DNA of 64,000 bases from Chara braunii (GCA_003427395.1 BFEA01000018.1:3996147-4060146); one strand, 5' to 3'. Positions 1-13,209 are shown, numbered from the stretch's first letter. The notes: a model not told the origin generated them from the letters alone. Translations and numbers: made by a program.

Positions 1-1275
1 CATGGTTAGCGTCCGACCAACTAGACCAATGAGTAAGGGAAAACGTAAGCGTGCAGTTGCATAGCCCCGTGAGGGTTACCCAAGCGTACGCCTACTTTGA
101 CTATCACATTGTCAGGATGGGACAAGGACAATCTCAATCGACCAAAAAGTTGTGTGGCATTTCACTCTCACGACAGTTGTGTGGTTTGCCCATCTGAACC
201 CAAAACACAACCATTCACCAAAAAATCAATCGAGATTTCTTCACACATACCTGCAATCATACAAAAAGTTCAAACAACATCGCACACACTAAAGAGGTCA
301 ACTTTTCAGCCTTCTACAACTCACACCCTGCCTTATGCACACAATCCCAACCTTTTCCCCACAATTCCTCAACAAAAATACTCAATCTTTAAGAAATGGT
401 CATTTGTAAAGAATCTGGTGAAAGCCCAAGAAAACATAAAACCCAGCAAGGGCCAAGGCCTTACGTTGAGAAGCAGAAGAAACAGGAAAGTTGAGTCGTG
501 AACCGACGAATCGGCAACCGACCTGTTATTAGTGATAACAGAAAAGTGATCCTTCGAAGGATCGGGCCAAACGAATCAGCCTTTAAGCGAAATATGGAAA
601 CCTGCATCACAGTACAGGCCAAAAAGAACCACTACTATGTTCACGCCAAAAAGAGAATACTTCCCAATTCGTAACCTACCTCCTCTGCTAATCTCATTGT
701 CATCTCCCCTTACTAGCGCCAAGTCACTAAGCACCTCCTCTATTCAGGGTAGATTTGCCAAGTTTCTCCTAAATAGAAATATTCTAACTCCTCAGATTCT
801 ACGAAATTTCGGCAGTGCTTCCCGTAGGAAAAGTGTCTTTCCAGAATTTCTATGAGTTCAAAAATAACTCTCTTTCAGATTTGTAGAAATTTCGGCAGCG
901 CTTCCCGTAGGAACAGGAGGCTGCCAAGATTTATATAAAGTTGAAACAGAAAGACAAGCAAAGTTATACTTGAGACTAACTTCTGACACTTGCTTGATAG
1001 TTAGGATTGAAAATAGTTTAAACGATCCCCTTTCAGCAGATGGTATCGTGAGTATCGTCGACTCTAACTTCAAGTAAGGTCAGTACTATCTTTATCCCAA
1101 GCTCTCCCTCGCATCATCCATCTCATCTACCTACGGCTCCAGCACTTGGCGAGCATCTAAGCCCACAAGCATGCATAAACAAACATCTCTCACAATCCCA
1201 CATCAATTTGACCCAAGTAGTTCGTTACACCTCTCAGTTCCTTTCCCTTTTAAGTCCCCCTTTCCTATGGCATAT

Positions 1276-2340
1276 GGTCAGACTCACCCTAACTCAAGGA
1301 TATGCCCGACCTGCCTAAATAACAGATAAGGTACGCACATCTTGGCTGCCCTAACCCTAGGGTGTGCCCAACATAACATGAACTGTATACGTAATGCGTA
1401 TGACCAAACCGCCCTAACCCTAGGGTGTGCCCAGTCTGCCAACTTAACGACATGAAGCATAGGACTGGGTTGCCCTAACCCTAGGGTGTGCCCAGTCTGC
1501 CTTAAACAAGGTTACATATGGCATAACATTAAACCATCCCTACCCAGGGGTAGGCCTAACTTACCTGAACATAAGTACAAACGACAAAAAAGTTGGACCG
1601 CCCTAACCCTAGGGTACGTCCAACTTACATCACATCAACGACAAAAGCATATCACTAGGCCGCCCTAACCCTAGGGTACGCCTAGTCAGCCATACAATAG
1701 TTAATATGACGCGAATACTTATACAAACTTTATGTCTCTCCTTCTCTTGTTAGGCAGTCGACCGGACCTTTCCAACTAATGGAACTTCCGATCCGCCCTC
1801 TTTGTTTAGAATGGAAAATAAAAATAGATTTATACTAACTCTCTGCTCCTTAGTGTTATTACGAGCATACAACTGAACCGCCCTAGCCCTAGGGTACGCT
1901 CAGCCTGCCCAGTTACCTTCTTTTTATTCTTCATCTATTTTTTTTTCTTCCTTTGTTCTACCTGACTTACTGACTGGTTTTCCCTACCCAGGGTGTCCGG
2001 TCTGTCAGAAGTATAAGTTCAATAATATATGTATCAAATTTTATACTCTGGTTGACCAGTTGGTTCATGGCTCATGGCTAAGCCGCCCTAACCCTAGGGT
2101 ACACTTAGTCTTATGTCGTTGTCCCCTCAGAAAAAACATACACCTCAACTCATTAAAATAAACACTAGGAATCTGAGCCTTCCCTACCCAGGGTGTCTGT
2201 CCTCCTGTTCAGAAACCCTCAAAGAAAACAGCGACTGATCCACCCTACCCGGGTAGGACCAGCCATAAAAGTCATTCACACAGCCCAACAAACATCAATA
2301 AAACATACCACTGGGCCCACATCCACCCGGAGGGGCTCAG
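1276..2340. repeat. Array of ~13 hairpins, core GCCCTA-ACCC-TAGGGT
   Basis: Cores at 1348, 1411, 1472, 1600, 1662, 1880, 2085; variants at 1537, 1981, 2181, 2242. Unit-specific complementary arms, e.g. AAGTTGGAC/GTCCAACTT 1590-1626 and ACTAGGC/GCCTAGT 1654-1686. Confidence 0.85.
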
Positions 2341-5330
2341 CCTTGGGTTGACCCAGTCAAACGCATGCAAACTTATTTCTCCCACCTTCCCCCAATTCCT
2401 TTGTCTGAATTCACTCGAAGGATTATCAGAGTTCTCATATATATCTGTTTATTTAACGTTTCACAAAACATGTCCTGACATACATAATAGAATAAAAGTA
2501 ATAACCTGTCATAGTTATATTCAGATACCCAAAGGGAATAATGTAGTTAGGGCGTAGGATCTCACGTGTCAGACGAAATTTATACCTGAAGTTCCCTGCT
2601 TCCAGAACCCTGTCTGGGTTCCGGCGGAGCTCCCGCAATCGGTGGGTGGTCCTCCAACAAAGTCTTGTTGCTGTCCTACGGGTTGCAATCCCGACTGCCG
2701 CCTTCCTCTCGTAACCTCATACTAGAAGAAGGATAGAAGGAGATATATTAGACTTTCGAGATCCAAGAGTGGGACAATTCAACTCACAATGAGAGGGCCT
2801 TGAAATCTGGATGCGCCTGAGGGTCCCGCAATGATGGCCAGGAAGCCGTAGCAGAAGTCGATCAGAACCACTGCGATGCGCAAGTCCCCAAACAGATCTC
2901 CAAACCACAGCAATGGCCCCCGTGCAGGGTCTGCTCTCTCTTCTGAGCCCACAGTCGTGCGCAGTCGGTGCATGGCGAGGAGCACAACGAAAGTCATCAA
3001 CGAAAGTACAGCAGTGTACGGGGTGCACGGCAAGGTGGCACCGTTGCAGCTCCTCAAAAGCACAGCAACACACAGTCTATGTGTTGTGGCAGCCCGATCC
3101 AGCTGCAGCGACAACAGCTGTAACAATCTTACTGGATTGCGGCAACAGCAACCGAAGCCACACTTGGGCAGACGCATAACAGTGCCACAACTGCAGTCTG
3201 CCCAACGCTCACAGTCTTCTCAAAGCAGTGGCCACGGACTACACCCGCAGTAGAGTATAGCATCAACAGCCACCGCCGCACGCCAACCGTAGGCGCAGAT
3301 TGGCACAACAATAGCCGAAGTTACAGCAGTTGTGACACAGCCACCGGAGCTGTATCCCGTTCTGGGCAACCATAAGACGTTGTAGTAGTACACAGAGCCC
3401 TACGCAACAAGATATGAAAGCGGTACCTCATAACACAGTGCAACTCAATATAAAGCTCAGCCACAAGCAGCTCCGTGCTCAGCAAGCGACCAGGCCCGCA
3501 CCAAGCACTGCATGCACAGCCGCAGTGCCCAATAGCAACAATGGCAGTAGCCGGTCCACAACCCATGTGTATTCTGGACTCTTCCTCCTACTTCTCACTG
3601 TTCACGACCTTGCTGGTCCCTGTCTGAACGGAACACCCCCTACGTGTTCTACTCGAAACCTGGGCAAAGCACAGTAATTGAGTAGTAACATGGCGTTTGT
3701 GCAACGTTTGGCCCAACATAACGCCGGCGGCGAGATACAACTAACGCGCAACAAGTTCACGGCGAACCCACAGCCAGTGGCTCAGCGAAAGTACAACATC
3801 CGTGCATAGTGACACAGCAGCAACAGGCCTAGCGAACGTGCCCTCTAGACTCAGCAGCAAACTCGGCAGACCCTTGCGGCAACAGTCGCTCTTTGTCCTA
3901 TCAGTCTTAGATTCGTCAGCCGCTTCTTGATGATGGTCACAATAGGATTCTGCTGAGCAGGTGAGTTTAAACTCTTCTCTCTCCTTCGGTTTCTATCTCA
4001 GTCTTACACAGCTCGTTCGTCCCCGCTCCCCCTGCCGTACCTGGCCATGTACAATGTCGAGTTCATACTCTCACTACGCTGAGGAGCAACGACCACCGGA
4101 AACCGAAGTCGACCCCGTCAATAATGGTGGCGAGCGCGCAGAGAGAGGTTACTTCGAGCGATAGGATGAGCGAAGTATTAGCTAAACAGACAAATCTTCG
4201 GCCTCGCGGCTGGCCTCATAACACTTCCACTAATAAGTAAGCGAAATCAAATGAACCTTCCGCTCGAACATGGGTAGGTTCATACACATTGTCTGTTCAA
4301 GGTTCATCCTGTATCACTAGTTTCAGGTTCATCCTGTATCGCCAGCTCCAGGCGAGTACTCTCTCACTCTCTCTTTCTGAAGAAGGGGGTCACCTCAGGG
4401 TCGATGAAAGTAGTTGCGACCCCTTGTCGATGACGAACGAGAATACTGCGGTCTGCACCGCGACCTCGACGTATTGCGTCTGGTATGGAGGCGCCGACCG
4501 CTGCAGTAGCCCGGATACCAGCAATGCCCCGGCGTCGGACAACCTTGGAGACACGTGGACGAGCAAGGTAACCAACCGGATCCTGCCTGCCCACCTCTTA
4601 GTTGTATAACCTGCGAATGAATCCTTCACACGAACATGGGAAGATACATTCTCATTCCAAAGCTCTTCCTACACCGCGCAACCATCCACCATTATAAAGG
4701 TTAATCCGCGACTTTGAGATTTGAATCCGACATCACCATTTCACTCTTAATGTTAGAAAACCCCCGATTAGAATTTTTCCTCGCCCGAACTGATTCAGAA
4801 ACGACCGAGATATATCTTTCCCCACGCCACCATGTCCAACATCCCGTCACCTCCGCGCACGCCTTCTTCAACCTGACTCCTCGTTTCCCACTCCAACGTC
4901 CGAACTAACACCTCCCTTTAACTCGCCCAGGTTCAGAACCCCTGTTTCAATTCCTTCCTCGATAGAAACAACCAAGGATCGAGCTCCCCATGCCCTCTTC
5001 CTTTCTTCTTCTCCACCTTCGCTCCCGCCGACCACCTCATTCTTCGACTGCACTTCGCGCTGGTCCGCTACAGATTCACTCCCCCTCTTCCTTGCTCCGA
5101 CTGCCATGCTTCTCGTTGCGTATGCCAGCAGCAGTCCGCTCACCTGACAACTAGCGGCTGCTTACTATATCGGTCAGTGGTCTCAACTTCCCACCCTCCT
5201 CACACCTCACTCACCACTCTTCCACCCTCTCAACATAGCACAGCGTTTTAGCGACTGGCTTGGTCGAAAGGCAGTATAGCAACGACAAGCATCGTATGCA
5301 ACGTCCAAGGACAATGTCGAGCTCCTCCCG

Positions 5331-5411
5331 GATTTATGCGTGTTATCCCGGCGCAGGGACCCTACTAATCTTTTCTGTATCGTTCCAATTTTAACGGACG
5401 TCCCGAAGGAC
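5331..5411 (-). pseudogene. U6: U6 snRNA retrocopy, 3'-truncated
   Basis: Minus strand GTCCTTCGGGACGTCCGTTAAAATTGGAACGATACAGAAAAGATTAGTAGGGTCCCTGCGCCGGGATAACACGCATAAATC matches plant U6 with substitutions. Confidence 0.92.
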
Positions 5412-6555
5412 CACGACCGAGTGCGCCATGAAATATCAGCGTTGAGCTGATCGATCCCAGGTAAGTCAGAAATATTTGGTTCCACTTGTATAGTCAAGTT
5501 CCATCAATCTGGAGACCGGTTCTAGTGCCACCGCCGGACCGCGTTCAAAAATGAGACAAAAATAAAAATTAGATAAAAATAATAAAACTTAGAGCAAAGG
5601 GGAGGAGGACCGTTGTCGAGCGCATCGGTTCAGCACCGCACCAGAGCAGCTCGGGACCCTCTCGGCCGCGTCACGCAGGAGTTGGTCTATTCCTTCGTCG
5701 CGAATTATACATGGAGCTTCGGCAAGCCGCTCCGGCCGAGTGCATCAGCCATACCTCCCGCGAGCCTCTACGACAGGATAGGGCCTACGCGAGGCACGAC
5801 TTACCTCCACCTTACGGGAGTTGTCACCTCCCTTCGGTGGGCGTATCCCCGTCAAGCTACCAGTCCACAGTACGAAAGCTAATCAGTTGCAATCGCAGAG
5901 GTGGACCAGCCGAGGGCGTTTCTCGTTCGCTGTAGCATTGGGGGTACGTGCGGTAGTACGCCTCTATCGGACCCCCACGAGAACCAACATCTTGGGGGGC
6001 TGAGGTCCCAAGCGCGACTCGTCGTCGGTCGACTAGGACGCATCCCACACACCACGCGCACACCACTTTACGAACACCAAAAAAAAATAAAACACACACA
6101 CACACAAGACAACACAACATAAACGACGCGACAACGCTCCTAGTCCCTCGGTAGCCATCCCATAACTTTCCGATGTGGAAATCGGATAGGCGTCGCGCGC
6201 GAGACTTAGTATAAAACCGCGCAGACGCAGGGCCTACTCATATCGACTAGCAATGCAAACATACGCAAGCAGTCGCGATGATGACGTACTATGTAGTACC
6301 CATATTCATGCGACCCTCGTTAATCTCGAGGATCGCGTTCGACACTCAAGTGTCGGCTGACACGCGCCTTGAGGGTTAATCTCTCGATGCTGGACAACCA
6401 TCAAGCGAGGTTGAAGAGCACACACCCTCTTCTGCACCGTGTGCAGAGCGGGTGGTACACAGGTCCATACCTGTGATGACAGTCGTTTTTTACTGCCCTG
6501 GAGATGAACCTCCCTCCAGGTCTGGACAAAAGTCAAGGGGTTTGACTTTGACGAC

Positions 6556-8749
6556 TGTCACGGATTACAACGTCCAACTATAAAAATCTCTAAAAAGCAA
6601 AGGATAAAAGAGGATCTCCTTTTTCTCTCAAACACATAATCCGGTTAACCCTTGCGCACGATCACTATAAACCGCGCGTCTATCCAAGGGTTTATTTATA
6701 TAGGACGATCACTTCTCACAGTCACAGTGAGACTCATCTCAGCCATATATGTATGCAATCGCAGGCAATCAAACCCAAAGTCCGAACCACAGTCCTACCT
6801 GCAATCACATCAAAGATTCAACAAAGATCAACGCATTACACCGGGCCAACTTCAACCATTCCCTATGCTCATACCCCTCGCTTTAGCCATACAAACCTCA
6901 CTCTTGTGCAACTCCCCAAAAATAAGTGCTCAGTACTTTTGTTAAATGACCATTCAATAAAGTCCGGGTGAAAACATAATGAAACAATTCAAACCACATG
7001 GCTAAAGTCTTTAGGTTAAGTGGCAAGAATGGATTGGAGTTGAATCGCAAACTGACGAATCGACGACGGACCTGTTATAAGGGATAAGAGAAGATGATTC
7101 TTGTAGGATCAAGTTGAAACTAGTCCAGATCCTGAATCAAACGATCAAGAGGACCTGTAACACATGACAGGCCAATCCCCGAGCTAGATCTATAAGTCAA
7201 TGGGGAATAGTCGCGATCTCACTCCAAAATCTACCTAATTTACTACGCCTGAATCTACCCTTAAGTGGTGCCCAAAGCAAAGGTAGACCCTGATACAATT
7301 TCCCCTATACAGAGTGGATCGTCAGAATCACCACCTGTCAAAATATAATCTATCTTCTTTAAACTAAGAAAATTTCGGCAACGCTTCCCGTAGGAAAAGT
7401 GTCTTTCCAGAATTTATATCAGCCTGAACATGAAAACAGAAATAGTCTTTGACTTTCCAAAGTCCAATTTTGTCTAACTCCTTGAATTAGCAAAAATTTG
7501 GACAGCACTCCTTTTAGAAAAGGAGACTTTCCAGATTTTTACTAAGCCATATATGAACTATTAACAAGTTGAACTTTCAGAAGCCAGAATTTGACTAACT
7601 CCTTAGATTTGCAAAAATTTCGGCAGCGCTTTCCGTAGAGACAGTGGCTTACCAAAATTTATACAAAGCCAAGTATAATAAAACATCCTAGAAAATGCAG
7701 AAATCGATCTAATTAAAAAAACATAGCTCAGAAAATGCAGGACTTGAGACTAACTCCTATGGCTCTAGCACGAGGCGAGCGACTAAAGCAACTACCTATC
7801 AAACTGAAACTCAGACAAAGTAGTAGTCTCACTCAGTCACATGCAAGTCAAACCACAAAGGTAAGTACTCTCACCATTCCAAGTCAACCTGAACGAACAA
7901 TTGTTCATAATCCTTCAATGATTTAACCCTTTATACCCAGCTTACATAAGGCATAAGGTCAGGCCACCTGAACTTACAGAGCGCGCCCAACTTAGCCAGA
8001 CCTAAAGTCAGATCACCTAAACTTATAGAGCGCATCTGACTTAGCCAAATATACACAAAACACAGGGCACAACAACTTTTCTCTTCCTTGGGCACATGAC
8101 TAGACCACTCTAGTCGCCCTGGACTGTTTAAATAGCCAAGTTGTATATATCTCTCTGAACTTAATCTTCAAAGCGGGCGTAAGACTGAGTCATTCCTCTT
8201 AGAAACAATGCCCAGTCGCCCCAAGCTACCTTAAGTTATATTCTTAGTTGTACTCTCTTCAAGTTGTGATAAGTTATAGTCAGACCATCCAATCTTATGG
8301 AACCCTTGTCTGACTAGCCTGTTCTTAAGTAGAGTAGTAATGAGGTATAGCCAAATTATAACCCTTTGGTTCCAGCATGTGCGAGGCTTTGAGTCAAACC
8401 CCCTAAACTTACAGAAGGGTCCGCCTCTCCACCTGATTCCTTTCTCTCTGAACCATCGTGTGCGTGGCATTGGGCCGGACAACCTGAACTTACAGAACAG
8501 TCTGCCCTCTGCCAAGTTCACTTTCTCAAATAATAAAAGCAGGAAGAGACTGAGCCACCTAAACTTATAGAACAGCTCAGACCTCCTCGTTCAAAAACCA
8601 AAGAAACTGAGAAGACCCAAAGAAAACAAGACAACCCAAAGCACTAAAACTTATTGAAAGCCCTGAGCTCCTAAAAAGCAACCACAACCAAACCCTCGCA
8701 AGCCAGAGCAGCCAGGTCACCTAAACTTATAGAGCGTCTTGAACCTCCA
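6556..8749 (-). mobile_element. Large non-coding repeat, copy B (partial)
   Basis: Begins TGTCACGG; diverged but colinear with 1-2250; cut at 8750 by an AT-rich element. Confidence 0.55.
7955..8746. repeat. Hairpin array, core CCTR-AACTTA-YAG
   Basis: CTG/CAG and CTA/TAG covary around AACTTA. Arms AAGTCAGAT/ATCTGACTT 8005-8042, TAGTCAGAC/GTCTGACTA 8277-8316, CTGAGC/GCTCAG 8550-8580. Confidence 0.85.
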
Positions 8750-9350
8750 CAACAGAAAATTTCCTAGCAGGCAACTTCAGTAAACTGAAAGTCTAACTAT
8801 AAGATTTTACTTTTAAATCAATACATTTCAGTCTAAATCTACGTATTTCAATCCTACTATCATTGTTTTTCTGAAAATTAGAAAAAACTAGTTAAACTGA
8901 AAGTCTGGAATGAATTTTAAAACATCCTAATTAGACTGAAAAGGCTGGATAAACTGAAATATCAAATTAGGATGGAAAGTTGAACTTAATATGGACTGAA
9001 ATTATACTGAAATTATTGAATTTGGACTAACGTTCCACCGAAGGTACTGCATTTGTACTGAAATTTAACTGAAATTAATCGATTTAATCTGGAATTTCAC
9101 TGAAATTTTAACATATAAACGAAAAGTTAGGCTGAAAAACATGAATGTGGACGGATAGTTTGACTGAAAAACATGAATTTAAAATAAAATCGCAACTGAA
9201 AATGAAAAATGTAGAGCAAAATTCTAACAAACATTGAAATGAAAATGCTATATTTAGACTGAATTACCCTGAAACATTCACGTGTGGATGGAAAGTTGAA
9301 CTGAAATTCCACAAAAAACTTTAAATGCAAGGTTTCAGTTTATATTCATG
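8750..9350. mobile_element. AT-rich DNA-transposon-like fragment with ACTGAAA subrepeats
   Basis: Starts CAACAGAAAATTTCC, the same terminus as the TIR element at 53649; many ACTGAA(A) motifs. Confidence 0.45.
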
Positions 9351-9649
9351 AAAAAATGTTGAGCATAATCTTGTGGCTTCAATATGCCCCTTGTGTGTCT
9401 GTGTCACCCCTAGAGGCGTTTATACAAAACACTTCAGCAAGATATTTACTTCTAAGTTCTTACATAGGTAGCACCGCGTACAAGGTGCGTACACATATGT
9501 CCTTCCACGTACGTGTACGTACCTTGAAATGCACGTACGCGTACAGTTTATTTATATAATTAATTACTTTATATATATACATGCCATTATAGAGGTGTCA
9601 GCATCCCCCAGGGGAATACACATACATTCACATACACACACACACTCAA

Positions 9650-10194
9650 AGTCTGTTAGTCTGCCTCTTTGACAATCTGTCCGTCCATCTGTTTGCTCGA
9701 CTGTTAGACATAGATAAACAAAGTGAGTAATAGACAAACAGACCAACAGACGTGACAGAAAGACAGTTGCACAGACGTATAAATGGACAAACAGACAAAC
9801 AGACAAACATACAAACATACAAACAAACATTCAAACAGACAGATAGACTGAGTGAAGGACATACATAATAGACTAGCAGACAGACCCACGTGAAAGAGTG
9901 ACAGACTGACAAAGGGACAAACAAATAAGCGTAGAGACTGACTGATAGGCAGACACAGTTGCAGACAGACACATGAGAGAGGGTGACAAAGCGACAGACA
10001 GACAAATGGACAAATAGACAAACAGTCACACAGACACACAGACATACACCCAGGCAGACAGACAAAGTTAAACAGAGTGACATACAGACACAGACAAACA
10101 GACAGGGTGACAAGGTGACAGGGTGACAAGGTGACAGGGTGATAGAGTGACAGGGTGACAAACGGACAGACAAACAGACAGACAAACAGACAAA

Positions 10195-10226
<32 letters not shown>

Positions 10227-10594
10227 CTAGACAGACAGGCAGACACAAAAACAGGTAGACAGAGCAGATGATGCTCCCCACCAATAGACTGAAGCAACTA
10301 GCGACAAGGTGCTGCTAGAGATGATCATATCACCCACGCTATCAGACCAGCGTTGAGACTGGAATAACCAGCAACAGGTCGCCGTGCTACTAGAGGGAGA
10401 TGCTCAATATCACCCCATCTAGCAAACCGGCACTGGCATTTTCAAAAAAAAGGAAAAAAAAATTATTATGAGAGATCATTACAAAATAACTGACAAATTA
10501 CAATATTGCATTGTAGACTGTACGTGTTTACACACCTATCTGTGCGTGCATGCGTGTGTGCGTGTGTGTGTGCGTGTGTGTGTGTGTGTGTGTG

Positions 10595-10628
<34 letters not shown>

Positions 10629-10643
10629 GTGTGTGTGTGTGTC

Positions 10644-10684
<41 letters not shown>

Positions 10685-10767
10685 TGCAAATGGAACTCAA
10701 TGGGTGAGGCTGTACTTTCGCAGTGAACGCATTCAGTTCATGGCATGCGATATTTCCTACCGCAACC

Positions 10768-10839
<72 letters not shown>

Positions 10840-10937
10840 TGCAAATGGAACTCAATGGATGAGGCTGTACTTTCACAGTGAACGCATTCAGTTCATGGCA
10901 TGCGATATTTCCTACCGCAACAAACACAGAGAGAGCA

Positions 10938-11002
<65 letters not shown>

Positions 11003-11114
11003 GAGAGAGAGAGAGTACCACTTAGAGCCACACCCAAAATCAATGCTCCGTATCACCCAGAGAGAGAGAGTACCACTTAGAGCCACACCCAAAATCAATG
11101 CTCCGTATCACCCA
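9650..11114. repeat. GACA/CAAA low-complexity tract, (GT)n and (GA)n microsatellites, short tandem duplications
   Basis: Duplicated ~90 bp unit at 10681 and 10836; duplicated 47 bp unit at 11013 and 11068, separated by GA tracts. Confidence 0.9.
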
Positions 11115-13209
11115 ACCCACACTTCGCATAACAGACATACATACACGAGATGAGAATCATAGAATAGCTCGATGAGCCGAGTTTATTACATCCAACTTGC
11201 TGACTATAGCCGCTAGAACATAAGAACAACACATGGTTTCGCTCTCTATCACTACCATAATCTATACTCATGCCTCACATGCTCTCTGAATGTCTTCGTC
11301 ACTCTTCCTTCGTTCTGCTAGCTATACTGCGATGTAGATTAACATTGCACAGTGGGATGTATGCACCACCACCTCTATCCATATGTATCTTGAAAGAGAG
11401 AGAGAGAGATGTGTAGAGAGGGCAAAGGAAAGGGAGAGAGAACTAAGAGAGGGAAAAAATAGTCCTTTGACCCACACCAGTAATCAATGTTCTATGTCAC
11501 CTGAACTAACACTCGACATAAATATACACAAAAATATACACAATATGAGAGCCACAGAATAACTCGGTGAGTGTCTGGCGCTGTGGATTAAGCCCAAGAG
11601 CACAACAACTTTTCCACCTCCAGCCCAACAATTCGTCTTTGTGGTTGTTCAAGGAGTTCTCCAAGCTTGGTCCAGTTCAACAATTGGGCAAATACTGCGA
11701 CGAGACCCCATCACCAGAAGAGAAGCTGCCCAGCCTGATACCGAGCCTGAATCAACTTCATGCGAACAGTGTGCGGCTGTTGTAGCTGCTGCAGCAGAGG
11801 AGACACCCAATATCAACACATCCCATTCCTGCAGCAGCAAAAGAGGATCACAAACAGGGAGCATATTTCAAATACGTGATCAATCACAGTTGAAAGTAAT
11901 TTCAAAGTTTCTTGCACACCCTAATTTTGTCTACTAGTGACGAAGATGGGATAAGAAAATAAAGAACTGAAAAAGAGCTACCTAAGATGGTGATAGTCTA
12001 GGACCATAGCCCTCTCTTACCGGAAAAAAAAGAGGATGATACCTTTAAAAAATGTGTGAATAGGAATGCAGATTAACTATTTTCGATAGCCAGCATTTTT
12101 TTTCACTTCTTTTCTAAATACTTTCTCTGTCACTGCGCTGTGTGCAACATGTTGCATTGTTCTGTTATAAAGATGACCTTATGCCATGCCTCAGCTCCAT
12201 TGGTCCAGTTTCTTTCGAACAGCAAAATCAGACTGTATACCACGTCATACAGAGATATGCAGTCTCCCCCTTTTTGCAACATGTTGCATTGTTCTGTTAT
12301 AAACATTGACCTTACGGTCATGGCTCTGTTCCATTTGAAGGACAATCACTCCAGTATCCTTTCAACCAATGAAATCAGAAGGTATACTACGTTACACCAA
12401 AATATGCATTTGTCCCCCATCAAAAGAGTATCGGGACATAGGGGGGAGACAGATAGGGTTGGGATGCTGAAAGCACTGAGGCAGGTGTTTTTTTCGGTCT
12501 GAATGTTCCTATGATCCAAGGTTGGTTGTTCATGGTTGCCAATGGTAGTCTTAAGAATGATTTAGGATTCTGGGGACGCCCAGCAACTCATCTTAGGCGG
12601 CTCCACTGCAGTTATACTCAGTGATCTGCGGTTGTTCGATGCCAGAACAACGCTGGCCGGTGCTGCGGTGTTGGCCTGTAACCTGCTGATGCAGGAGTGT
12701 GAGGCCTGGCAGAGAGATCTGGGGATGCTTTGGGGTGGGCATTCCAAGGGACAACCAAGGGTTGCTGCTGGGACGACGCTGGTCGGAGCTGGGGCGAGTT
12801 GTGTTGCCCTGTAACCCAGCAGGGTGGGGGTGTGAGGCCTGAAAGAGCTTGGTAGGGAGTAAGACAGTGCTGGAGAGCTTTAGAAGGGATGCTAGGGATT
12901 CTCAGGGTTTTGACTCTTGAGCATTTGTAGGACCTCTGTGGTGGTGTGTTTTGTTGTGGGTAGACCTTTTTCTGAAGTTTGTCGTAGTAATGTCTAAGTA
13001 GCTCAAAATTTTCTAAGCCAAAGCGAGGTAATCGCCCCGGTATCTCAAACTTTCAAATTCTATGTTTTCCACATGGGACGCTGGGCCCGGTTCCCAGCAC
13101 GTACTGCTCCCCACCAATAGATTGGAGCCTTGTCCCCCCCCAAAAAAAAGGTTGGGAGATAAACTGCCTTGCCGCCTTCTGGGTTGGGGACTTTCTGAAA
13201 ATTTAATAG

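Larger units (their letters stand above)
1..6555 (-). mobile_element. Large non-coding repeat, copy A (probable giant LTR)
   Basis: 1-2250 is colinear with 6556-8749 (e.g. TACCTGCAATCA at 248 and 6796). 2310-2880 is colinear with 45245-45845. The window start CATGGTTAGCGTCCGAC aligns with TGT|CACGGATTACAACGTCCAAC at 6556. No recognisable protein domain. Strand is inferred only from a minus-strand TATA-like site (~5165; TATAAA at ~48345 in copy C). Confidence 0.5.

Noticed and set aside
1342-1690. CRISPR array or interstitial telomere (CCCTAACCCTA)
   Set aside because: Eukaryotic context with no cas genes; the flanks pair around each core; fewer than two telomere units per core. Better explained as a hairpin array.
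2717-2880. Conserved GHHCG.LRR peptide in copies A and C
   Set aside because: The frame is not maintained between copies; nucleotide similarity explains it.
9564-11153. Long C/V/L/S- or E/R-rich ORFs
   Set aside because: Translations of microsatellites. The same applies to ORFs at 13060-14781, 32629-34621 and those spanning N gaps.
11560-11864. Host exon on the minus strand
   Set aside because: An acceptor-like site exists, but there is no recognisable protein or partner exon.
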